DNA of 64,000 bases from Isurus oxyrinchus (taxonomy: Eukaryota). Under the pieces are notes generated by a model. The model was not told where the DNA came from and searched no databases. It worked only from the letters and a program-made list of their open reading frames with translations. The stretch is from the NCBI GenBank assembly GCA_026770705.1, contig JANJGN010000052.1, positions 124,001 through 188,000 of the forward strand, in the 5' to 3' direction. The position numbers and the translations under genes are program-made. Positions 39,046 to 50,282 of the stretch are shown one piece after another; positions within the stretch are counted from its first letter, which is position 1; every line of letters starts with the position of its first letter.

Positions 39046-39114
39046 GTGTGAAGATTCTATCTTACGCTCTAACTTTGCTATGACGTTGTCTCATTGTTGT
39101 CCTTCCCTCCTCAG

Positions 39115-39408
39115 ATAAGCCGGAGATTTCCCAGCAGTCGGAGTGCACTCGGAGATCAGAGGGGGTCACCTGCGTCTGTGTGGCCACCTCCAACCCACCG
39201 GGAGACCTCACCTGGCACCTGCCCAGTGCCAACATCAGTGGTAACCAAACACACGGAGATTTTGTGTCGTGGCAGGTCAGAGATGGGCATCTGGTGACTG
39301 GTTCCCTCACTCTGATGAGACCCCAGGATGAGGGGGGAGTGATTGCATCCTGCTCGGTTCAAAACCCACACGGGGAAGCCATGTTCAAGGTGTATCTGTG
39401 GGTCAAAG
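39115..39408 (+). CDS. Gene B membrane-proximal Ig domain (MAG domain-5-like)
   Basis: 294 nt, phase 1-1. YKPEISQQSECTRRSEGVTCVCVATSNPPGDLTW...SLTL...CSVQNPHG. The S-x-C...CxC..SNP pattern is typical of the last Ig domain of MAG/Siglecs. Confidence 0.88.
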
Positions 39409-40436
39409 GTGAGAGACTCGCTCAGGTTCGATCTCCACTCAGCTGGATTGATCCCTAAACTCGAGAATTCCCTCCCTCAACCTCTCCACCTCTCTCTCTA
39501 CCTCCTCTAAGATGCTGTGTACAACTTACCCCTTTGACCAAGCTTTGAATCACCTGACCTCATGTGACAATGGCAACACTTGGTCAAATTGGAGCCAGGC
39601 CGTTCAGGGGGTGATGTCAGGAAGCACTTCTTCACACAAAGGGGAGTGGAAGTCTGGAACCCTCTCCCCCAGATAAGCTGCTTCATTGGGTGCAAGACAG
39701 AAAGCTTTGACAAAATGTCCTTTCTCAGCAATACTCAGGTTCTCCTCCCAAACGACTAAATATTATATATAAACATTACATAGATTACATCGAGAAACAT
39801 TATATATAAATATTACATAGATTACATCGAGAAAAATTATATATAAATGTTACATATATTACATTGCTAAATATTATACATTAATGTTATAGGGATCACA
39901 TTGATAAATATAAATAAATGTTAAATTGATTACATCGAAATGCAAGACTCGATAACCAATGAAGCAGTTTCGAAGTGAGCTCACTGTTGTCATGTAGGAA
40001 ACGCAACAGTTGATTTGTACACAGCAAGATCCCACAAACAACAGCGTGCAATTGAGGTGATAATTGATTATTTTAGTGAGGTTATTTGATACATATATAT
40101 ATAGAAATTACATATATAATGTGGGTCACTAATGACCCTTAAGGGAGGGAAACCTGTCCATTTTAACAGGTCTGGGTGTATAAGTGACTCCAGTCTCAGA
40201 CACCAGCATGGTTAACTCTTACCTGCCCTCTGAACTGGTCTCCCAGTTTGGGACAAACCAGTGGTTCAGGAGGAAGACCCCCCACCACCATCTCAAGGGG
40301 AAACTAGGGATGGACAATAAATGTCAGCATTGCCCGAGAATGAGTATTTAAACACTGAGTGAGTGTATCGCTTCTCGAGATACATCGGAGCATCATTGTA
40401 AACCTGTAGTGCAGTAATTAATGACTGTTTTTACAG

Positions 40437-40533
40437 GTAGAGACTCCAGTAAATGGACAGTAGGATTGTTCACGGCTGGGATCATGTTGAGTGTTTTCCT
40501 GGCTGGAATCTTCATCTTCATCTGTGTGAGAAA
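40437..40533 (+). CDS. Gene B transmembrane exon GRDSSKWTVGLFTAGIMLSVFLAGIFIFICVRK
   Basis: ttttacag acceptor and gtaagt donor, 97 nt, phase 1 to phase 2. Uncharged hydrophobic span. Confidence 0.88.
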
Positions 40534-40679
40534 GTAAGTCTGAAGATTTAACTTGATTTTAATATAAACATTTGTTGAGGACTAATTGGACAGTTTTTAC
40601 AAAGGGCCAGCACAGGCACGATGGGCTGAGTGGCTTCCTCCTGAGCTGTGAGATTTTAAATTCTTTAATCAAATGTGAC

Positions 40680-41120
40680 TGTCACTGGTGAGGCCGTTAT
40701 TAAATTGCCCATCCCTAATTGCCCCTTGAGAAGGTGGTGGTGAGCTGCCTTCTTGACCCGCTGCAGTCCATGTGGTGTAGGTACACCCACAGTGCTGTTA
40801 GAGAGGGAGTTCCAGGATTTTGACCCAGCGACAGTGAAGGAACGGTGATATATTTCCAAGTCAGGATGGTGAGTGACTTGGAGGGGAACTTCCAGGTGGT
40901 GGTGTTCCCATGTGTCTGCTGCCCTTGTCCTTCTAGATGGTAGAGGTCGTGGGTTTGGAAGGTGCTGTTGAAGGAGCCTTGCTGAGTTGCTGCAGTGCAT
41001 CTTGTAGATGTTACACACACTGCTGCCACTGTGTGTTCATGGTGGAGGGAGTGAATGTTTAATGTGGTGGATGGGGTGTAGATCAATCGGGCTGCTTTGT
41101 CCTGGATGGTGTCAAGCTTC
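40680..41120 (-). mobile_element. CR1-clade LINE 3' fragment
   Basis: Peptide KKLDTIQDKAARLI...HSLHH. Same family as the copies at 10410 and 44560. Confidence 0.75.
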
Positions 41121-41256
41121 TTGATTCTGTGCTTTGTGCAGATGTGATTTAAAGAGACAGTCCCAGTCATTGGTGTAAGTTACAGTGGGCTCTGTGTCTG
41201 TGCTGCACTGACTCTCTGCTATATGATAACCACAGTGTGATATTGTGTTATTGCAG

Positions 41257-41338
41257 GAGAAAGACAGCGATGGAGGAGAGAGTTTCAGGGACCAGTGACA
41301 TTGTATTGACTCCCAGTCCACTCTCTGTGAAGCACCAG
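41257..41338 (+). CDS. Gene B cytoplasmic exon 1 (RKTAMEERVSGTSDIVLTPSPLSVKHQ)
   Basis: ttgcag acceptor and cag|gtacag donor, 82 nt, phase 2 to phase 0. Bridges the TM and terminal exons in frame. Confidence 0.72.
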
Positions 41339-41473
41339 GTACAGGAGCTGTTTACACTCACTCCAAAGCTTCAATCTCAGTGTGTAGACAACACATGTCC
41401 CAGATTCCCAGCCCAGTTACCCACTGATTTGTACCTGTGGAGTCAGCAATGGTTCAGTATCATGCTGTCTCTC

Positions 41474-42225
41474 TGTTATGACACAGCAACTGGTAAAGGC
41501 TGTTGTTTAAAATCCGAGAGGAAACTTTAAACAACTGTCATAACCTATATTTCCCAGTGGAATGTTTGAGATGCAGCTCTAAATTCAGGAATAAGAGCAC
41601 CAGTTCTCGACATCGGTGTTATATCAAACTACATGAGACATTTATTAATTTACACAAGTTAAACATATGCACATGGCTACAAGCGAGTATTATCATAACT
41701 TTTTAACAAATTCCCAAACTAACCTCCTCTAAGACAACCCATAGACTTTAAGCAGACACCAGGCAAAGCATTTTCACCTCACAAATTCCAAATGAGGTTC
41801 CTTTCACTTTGGTTCCTTTGCAGACAGGTGAAGGCTTACAGCTGCTTTGATGTTACAAGCCTCTGCTCTGCACACACAAAACTGCTCAAGTTATACCCAG
41901 TGCTTCTCTTTGAATGTAAATTCTCATTGTATCATCAGGACCTTTGAACTCCATCTCTTCTAACAATAAATCCTCTGTCATAGTATCAATTTTATCAACA
42001 AAATAAATGTTGATTGGTTTAAGATTTCACTCTCAGGCTTTGAATACTCTGTTTAAAAATACAAATTTTTATCTCTCAGTTTACATCTCAACACTACTAT
42101 ACATCAAATACCCAGACTGGCTGGCTTTAATCCAATTAAAACACACACAGACACACCCACAGACTAAACCTCTTCTTAAATAGACAATTTCCAATTACAA
42201 TACATACATTAAAAGATTCATAACA
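41474..42225. mobile_element. Solo-LTR-like element
   Basis: Termini TGTTATGA...TCATAACA (8-bp inverted). A related copy at ~47004-47820 is inserted within a CR1. Confidence 0.65.
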
Positions 42226-42242
42226 CTCTGTCTCTGTCCCTT

Positions 42243-42274
<32 letters not shown>

Positions 42275-42755
42275 ATCCTCTCTGATTACAAGATTCATGT
42301 TATTGAGCCTCAGACCAGGCACCTGAGTGCAGAAACCAAGCCGTCACTCACCAGAGCCATTACCGAGGGAGTGCGGGACTGACAGTGGGTCAGCACTGAG
42401 GGAGTGCCGCACTGTCGGAGGGTCAGTACTGAGGGAGTGCTGCATTGTCGGAGGGTCAGTACTGAGGGAGTGCTGCACTGACAGAGGGTCAGTACTGAGG
42501 GAGTGCCGCACTGTCGGAGGGTCAGTACTGAGGGAGTGCTGCACTGTCGGAGGGTCAGTACTGAGGAAGTACTGCACTATCAGAGGGTCAGTACTGAGGG
42601 AGCACTGCACTGCCATAGGTGGTTTCTTTCAGATGACATGAGGGAGGATTAAACCCACTGAGCCACGACTGACACTAACGACGCTGCACAATAATTTAAC
42701 CCTATCAGTGCCAGTAAATGATGTGAGGATGTCTTCTGTTTCCATTTCTCTGTAG

Positions 42756-43004
42756 GGTAAACAGAACGTGCTGATTACTGAGCCCCGGAACACAACCAGA
42801 GATACAACTAGCGAGGGGGAGACCCCAGCTCCCCGGGGACTTTCTGAATGTGCAGTGGGAGGTGATGCTGGACATGGGAACCCTGACAATCCCGCGGACT
42901 TTCTCTACGCCAATCCCCAAGTCTTCAGGGTGCCCAGTGGTGATGGGTCTGTCCACAGGGAAGAGGAGACGGAATACGCACAGATCAGATTCAAGCGAAA
43001 CTGA
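42756..43004 (+). CDS. Gene B terminal cytoplasmic exon with FLYANP and TEYAQI motifs
   Basis: tttctctgtag acceptor, phase 0, TGA ending at 43004. The distal TEYAQI resembles the TEYSEI/AEYAEI motifs of CD33-related Siglecs and MAG. Confidence 0.88.
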   Translation, partial: GKQNVLITEPRNTTRDTTSEGETPAPRGLSECAVGGDAGHGNPDNPADFLYANPQVFRVPSGDGSVHREEETEYAQIRFKRN

Positions 43005-44559
43005 GTGTGAAACGGGGACTGGGGGTGAGGAGGTTTGTGGGTGGGGGCAGAGATTAAGTTTCCTGGGAACACGAGACAACCCACTGGGGGAGAGGGGGAC
43101 AGAGGGAGGAAGGGACTGAATGGGTCTGTGGTTGGTGTGGTTTGGAATGAAATGTTTCCCCAGTGACGACTTGATGCTAAGTCANNNNNNNNNNNNNNNN
43201 NNNNNNNNNNNNNNNNNNNNNNNNNNNNNNNNNNNNNNNNNNNNNNNNNNNNNNNNNNNNNNNNNNNNNNNNNNNNNNNNNNNNNNNNNNNNNNNNNNNN
43301 NNNNNNNNNNNNNNNNNNNNNNNNNNNNNNNNNNNNNNTTAACTGGCTTTGTTAACTCAGCTTTTTGTCACCTGTCCCTAATATCTCATTATGTGTCTCA
43401 GAGATGGATTTATATGTGGTTGACAATCCCCTGAAGAGCTTTGGGATAGTTTGCTACATTATGTGTGCTATATAAATGCAAGTTGTTGTAGTAAATTTGA
43501 TCTGCCTCGATTCAGAATGGAACCATGGATACTCCTTCGACAGGGCGTGTGTGCAACAGGCTCGCAATAAATGCATTGCAGAGCAACAACTAAGCATGTC
43601 CTTTGATGCTGATGCATCCCAGTCCAGCTGTGTGGACACATCACAACCGAGGGACTGCCTGACTGCGTGCAGCCAACATGGCCGAATAGTAATTAGCAGA
43701 AATGTGACATCACTCAACCTTGTTAACATTTCAGAATGTGCTTTCTGAATTCTGCAACTTATTTATTCTGTGATAGATTACAAGAAGCTTTTGCATTTTC
43801 TATAATATTACATTTATTGTCACAAGGGATTGAAATGCCCAGACAACTCTGTACAGATATATTTTTATTAAATATCCTACTCTGGGACAACCTCCCTGCT
43901 CCAATCTGTTAATTCATGTCATTGCATTTCCCCACCAAATTATGTAAATTCCTGTGTCCACATTTATCATGAAAATTTCCCATGTAAACATCTCACACTG
44001 TACTTACACTCTCTTGCCAGTGGTGGTGCTGTAGGTGCACCAAATTCTTTTTCAGAGACTGCAGGCTATCTCCCAGTTGTCTTTACAATATTAAGATACA
44101 GGGAATGGGGACAATCTTCACACTGCGGTTATGATGTTGCAAAGACAGAGAGCTGGTGAAACCTACCCCCCTCCACAGAGTTGTGGGCAGGGTCAGTTCT
44201 GGCTGTGAGACCCCCACACTCATCCCACGCCCCCTGTTCATTTCTCCATCCCTGCTCTAACTTAGCGCTTTTACACATGAAGTGCGGGGCCCACAGGAAA
44301 GTGTGGAAGGGCTGCCCATCACAGCTGGAACAAGGTTCCTGGCGGGTCTCCCAGGAAAGAATGGCGGAGCGGGGGAAGGGGAGCAGTGGGGTCAATATCC
44401 ACACCCTCCCCAACACCCCCATCACTGTCAATACCAAGAGGGAACATCAGTCTCGAGACAGAGGCCAGAGTGTGACCAACTGAGACAAACTGAGACTGAA
44501 ACCAGCATCAACCAGTGTCCCAGCAAATAAGGTCAGAGTAGGGGAAATGGGGAAAAGAC

Positions 44560-47500
44560 AGAAAGGTTCTTAATCTGAATGCACGCAAGAGAGAATCTAA
44601 CCATCTCCCCTTGACATTCAATGGCAGTACCATCACTGAATCCATGAATATCAACAGCCTGGGGGTTACCATAGGCCAGAGAATGAACTGGACCAGCCAC
44701 ATAAATGCTATGACTGTTAGAGCAGCTCAGAGGCTGGGAATCCTGCGGTGAGTAACTCACCTCCTGACTCCTCAAATCCTGTCCATCATCGACACAGCAC
44801 AAGGCAGGAGTGTGAATGGAATACTCTCCACTTGCCTGGATGAGTGCAGCTCCAACAACACTCAAAAGCTTGACACCACCCTGGACAAAGCAGCCCCGCT
44901 TGATTGTCTCCCCCTCAACCACAGCAACACTCACTCCCTCCATCGTCAATGCACAGTGGCAGCAGTGTGTCCCATCTACAACATGAACTTCAGCAACTCA
45001 GCAAGGTTCCTTCAACAGCACCTTCCAAACCCACGACCTCTACCATTGAGAAGGACAAGGGCAGCAGGCATAGGGGAACACCACCACCTGGAAGTTCCCC
45101 TCCAAGCCACACATCATCCTGATTTTGAAATATATCGCCGTCCCTTCACTGCCACTTGTTCAAAATCTTGGACTTCCTTCTCTAACAGCATTGTGGGTGT
45201 ACCTACACCACATGGACTGCAGAGGTTCAGGAAGGCAGCTCACCACCACCTTCTCAAGGTAATTAGGGATGGGCCATAAATGCTGGCCTAGCCAGTGATG
45301 CCCACTTCCCATGGAAGAATGAATATATAAAACATAAACTTGGAACAAAATGAATGAAGTCATAGCACAAATAGAGATTAATGGGTACGATAAGATGGAC
45401 ACTGCAGAGAGTTGGTTGCAAGGTGACCAAGGATGGAAATTGAAAATTGAAGGATATTTGGACTTTTTGAAAGGATAGGAAAAATGAAAAGGAGGTGGGG
45501 TAGCTCTCTTAATAAAAGATGAGACCTCTGAAGTAGTGAGAAATGATCTTGGCTCAGATGTCAAGATGCACAGTCAGTTTGGGTGAATATAAGGAATTGC
45601 AAGGGAAAGAAATCTCTGATGGGTTGGTTTATACTCCCCCCTGACAGTGGTTACACTGCAGGGATAGATTATAAATCAATACATGAGGAGGTCTGTGAGA
45701 AAGGCACCACATTAATCATGGGAGTTTTCAATCGTCGTATAGATTAGACAAATCAGATTAGCAAATGTAGCTTTCAGCGAGATTATACAGATTGTATTCA
45801 GGACAGTATTTGAGAACAATCCAACATGGAACAAACCAGCGAAGAGGCTGTTTTAGACCAGGCAATGTTTAATGAGACAAGACTAATTAACATCTCATTG
45901 TAAAGGATCCTCAAGGGAAGAGTAATCATACGGTGTGGAAATTTAATATTCAAATTAGAAACTTGGGTCTGAAACTAGTGTCATAAACTTATCTAAAGAC
46001 AATTAAAAGGGTTAAAAGCAGAGTCGGCCCAAGTAGGGTGGGACAGCAGGTTAAAGGGGGGATGGAGGTAGATGAACAGTAACAGGTGTCTAAAGAGATG
46101 TTTCATAAATTCCAATGAAGATATTTTCCAGTAAGAAAGAAAGAATCTATAAAAAGGATGGAGCATCGGCGGCTAACTCAGGAAGCTAAGGACGGTATCC
46201 AATTGTGAGATAAAGCCGGCAATGTTGGGATGCTTAGTGATAGGCTGGAGATTGGGAATATTTGAGAAACCAGAAAAGTGAGGGCAGAAATATAAGGAGG
46301 CAGAAATGATGATATGAGAGTAAACTAGCAAGAACCATAAACAATGACAGTGAGATGTTGTACATTAAAATAAGAGAGAAGCTACAGTAATAATGGGACA
46401 CATAGAAAATCAGACTGGGGAATTAATAATGGGAAACAAGGAAATGACAGAGACTTTCAACAAGAATTTTGTGTCTGTCTTCACAGTAAAAATCTCTAAA
46501 ACCATCCCAATAGCAGGAGAAAGTCACGGTGCAACAAGGAGGGAGGAACATAAAACAATCACTATCACCAGAGAAAAAGTATTAAGAAAACTAATGAGAC
46601 AAATGCTGACAAGTCCCATGGAGCAGACGGCCTGAATGTGAGGGTCTGAAAGGAAATGGCTGCAGAGACGGTGGATGCATTGGTTGTAATCTTCCAGAAT
46701 TCCTTAGATTATGGGAAGGTCCCAGCGGATTGGAAAAACATAAATGAAACATTTCTGTTCAATAAAGGGGGGAGGCAGAAAGCAAGAAACTACAGGTCAG
46801 TTAGTCTAATATCTGTCATTGGGAAAATACCAGAATTCATTATGAAGGAGGGAGCAGCAGGACATTTAGAAATCCATAATTCAATCAGACAGAGTCAACA
46901 TGAGCTTGTGAAAGGGATATCATGTTTGAAAAAATAATTAGATTTCCTCGAGGATGTAACAAGTGGATTGGATAAAGTGGAACCTGTAGACGTGGTGTAT
47001 TAGGGACTATGACACAGACAAGGGTAAAGGCTGAGTTGTTCAAATCCCAGAGGGAAAATTGAAACAACTGTCGTAACCCAATTTTGCTGTTTGTAATTTC
47101 GAGATGAAGACTTTGAATTCAGTAGGAATAAGACGACCGAGGATTGAGGGTTTTTTATATAAAATTAAATAAACCATTTATTAATTTAACACATACACAT
47201 TGGCTACAAATAACTACTATAATAACTTTTTAACAAATCCCCCAATTAATCACCCCTACGTAAATCTCTACTAAGGCAACAATGAACCATTGACATAACA
47301 TAGACACCAGGCAAAGCACATTTGACATTACGAATTCCGAATGAGGTTCCTTTGCAAGTTGGTTGGAGGCTACAGGCTGGATAGGTCTGAAATGCTCCTG
47401 CTCACACACACAAACTCCTTCCTTTTTATAGCTAGCTTTCCCTTTGAATGTAAATTTTCCATTGTATCACTCGGTCTTCTGAACTCCACCTCTTCGAACA

Positions 47501-48240
47501 ATAAAACCCCCTTTCATAGCACCAATTTCATTAGTAAGTTCAAGAAAAAACACATCTTTTGGCTCCTTCTAACTAGGTGCAAGATTTTACCCCCAGTCTT
47601 GAATGGTTTATTCAACAATTGCAAATGAACACTTTACTGTTCTCCTCACAATTCACCTAATTAACATCTCAAAACTATTAAACATCAAAGCACACAGACC
47701 AGCTGGCTTTAATCCAATTAAGACACACCCAGACACACACCTATACATGGACCACCACTAGAATTCTATTTTATTAATAATTTCCAAGCACATTTTACAC
47801 ACAAATATCTCTTCATGACATTGGATTTCCAAAAGGCTTTCGATAAGTTGCCACATCAAAGGATACAGCACAAGGTGAAATTGGATGGTGTTGGGGGTGA
47901 TATATTAATATGGATAGAGGACTGGCTAACTGACAGGAAACAGAGAGCCAGGATAAATGGGTGATTTTCAGCTTGGTAAACTGTAACTAGTGGAGAGCCA
48001 CAGGGATCAGTGCTGAGGCCTCAACTATTCACAATCTACATTAGTGACTTGGATGAAGGGACTGACTGTACTGTAGGCAGATTTTCTGACTGTATGGCGA
48101 AGATAGGTAGGAAATATATAAGCTGTGCAGGAAAGCAAGTTGAGAGGAGGACATAAAGAGGCTGCAGAGGGAGATTAATAGTTTCAGCGAGTGGATAAAA
48201 AAATGAGTGGATGGAATATAAGGAGGGAAAATGTCAGGGT
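44560..48240 (+). mobile_element. Decayed CR1-clade LINEs (3' fragment, then endonuclease/RT remnant) with nested solo LTR
   Basis: Peptide IFQNSLDYGKVPADWK...NYRSVSLISVIGK, DFQKAFDK-like sequence at ~47824, and PQGSVL at ~48000. Confidence 0.85.
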
Positions 48241-48335
48241 GTCCAGCTGATCCTACTTGTTCTGTTCTTATATTCTTATACAGACACAGGGTTTACTGAC
48301 AGTGCACAGCAAAGTGCTGTTCTCTCACTTTGTTC

Positions 48336-48477
48336 CAACTTCCTCATTTTGTCTCACAGTGACACATCAACCCTTTCTAATTAAATACACAGAGGGAGCA
48401 GCACAGGAAGAGGTCATTCAGCCCAAGCAGAGCGTGTGGGCAGTTCCTCCCCAGGCAAGCAGTCGGACAGGTCCTGG
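48336..48477 (+). promoter_or_regulatory. Gene C promoter/non-coding exon 1
   Basis: Conserved block with PU-box (acttcctcatttt, 48338-48350) and donor gtaagt at 48478. Confidence 0.65.
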
Positions 48478-48910
48478 GTAAGTAACAGAACGATTGGAAT
48501 TCACTTCCACCACCAACACCGTCCTTTGTTGATGTTGTGACTTTATAAAGACAGATTCCAATGATTGATGCCTTTGAAAGATTTCTACTGATTATTGAGA
48601 TCTGGGTGTGAGGCTCAAGTCTGTTGTACAGAACATCTTTCTAGCTCAAGGGACATGAGCTTGGGGACATCCTGAGGTGGTGAAAGGTGCTATAGAAATG
48701 CAAGTCCTTCATTGTTTTTCTTTCTTAAAGCCTTGTAACTCTCTGCAGAGCACCTATCATCCCACAGAGAATCAAATTTGTCTGTGAAGACATTGTCTAA
48801 AAGCAGTTCTGATCTCTCGAGAGCATTCGGACAAGAGGTGAGGTCTCATTAACTCCTTTCTCTTTCAGAACTTCAGAGTTAGAAGCTGAGGAAATATCTG
48901 GGAGTGGACA

Positions 48911-48950
48911 ATGATCGGGAAATCTTACTTCCTACTGTCACTTCTCCAAG
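48911..48950 (+). CDS. Gene C leader exon MIGKSYFLLSLLQ(V)
   Basis: 40 nt, phase-1 donor gtaata. Confidence 0.82.
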
Positions 48951-50139
48951 GTAATACCATTGTCAGCTCGGACAGATTTATGGTTAATAGTCTTTGTTAA
49001 AGATCATTCTTATTGAGCTCTGATAGGGAACTGATTCAGCAGTGAGCCAGTGTACAAACTCACACCAAGTCCCATTCACCCATCACCCCTGCGCTCACTG
49101 ATGTACACTGACTCACTGTCTGACAGAAGAATTGGAGGAGACCAGAGGTCTTGGAGAGTTGTAGGGGCTGGAGGAGTTTACAGGGATAGGCAGGGTTGTA
49201 GCAGCAAGAGCAGAATATTAAAATCCAGGTGCTGTCAGACGTTGGTCAGTGAGCGATGGGGAGTGATGGGTTGAGTAGAGAAGCAGGGATAAAAACTGGG
49301 GGATGAAGTCTATCCTAATGTTAGGTCTCTGATAGCAATGGCCTGAAATTTGTATCCTTTGCTGCCTTTATTCAAAATTGCCCATGAAGACAACACAACA
49401 GCTCCTAGAATAGACAGGCTGTTCAGTGTCACACTTCCTGTCCATTCTCACCTTGCTAGATACTTCAATAAGAGAGCAAGATAACTGATAGAGACAAGGG
49501 AGGCAAAGCTGTCTGTGTGTAAAGGTGACAAATATTCTTAGTTATCATGAGTGTCTCTGATCTGCTGCATAGTTTAAATTTCACGGAATCTGGGCACTTT
49601 GCAGCTCAGAGAGAGACCATTGCCTCACTGCCTGAAAGAGCGGTGGAAGCAGATTCAACAGGAACTTTCAGAAGGGGAACTGGATAAATACTTGAAGGGA
49701 AATTTGCAGGAATGTGCGAAAGGTGTTGGAGAGGAATTGGGAAAGAATCAGCACATGCACGATGGGTCACATGAGCTCCTCCTGTGTTGTATCAATCAAC
49801 AATCAGACAATTTAAGACCCTTATCAGCAAATCTTCAGAATCCTGCTGAATCACAGATGTTTCAGAAGGACAGGGAACACAAGGTTTTTGGTATCAACAC
49901 TTCATGTGGGGCCCAGTTCAGTTGGAACAAAAAAAATGACAACACCATCTTTGAAAGTCATGAACCCACCACAGCGGCACCTCCGACACATGCAGAGCTC
50001 AGGCTAGAGGCACTTTGTTAGTGTGTTTCACAGTGTCTGCTGGAGTAGGGTCAGTGCTGAGCTTGGGGACAAGTCAGTCTACAATGCTGCATCGGAATCA
50101 ACAATACAACAATATGGGGTTTGGATCAGAAATAATCCC

Positions 50140-50282
50140 TTTGCCAATGAGGATCCAAAGAGATTCCTTAGACAATGAGGATCTAAAGAGATTCCTTAGA
50201 CAATGAGGATCCAAAGAGATTCCTTAGACAATGAGAATGCATAGAGATTCCTCAGACAATGAGGATCCAACGAGATTCCTTA
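50140..50282. repeat. 28-bp tandem repeat (ACAATGAGGATCCAAAGAGATTCCTTAG), ~5 units
   Basis: Direct repetition. Confidence 0.85.

Noticed and set aside
25972-43004. Assigning the symbol MAG, CD22 or SIGLEC1
   Set aside because: Multi-copy, fast-evolving genes with a different domain count. Orthology cannot be established without phylogeny and synteny.
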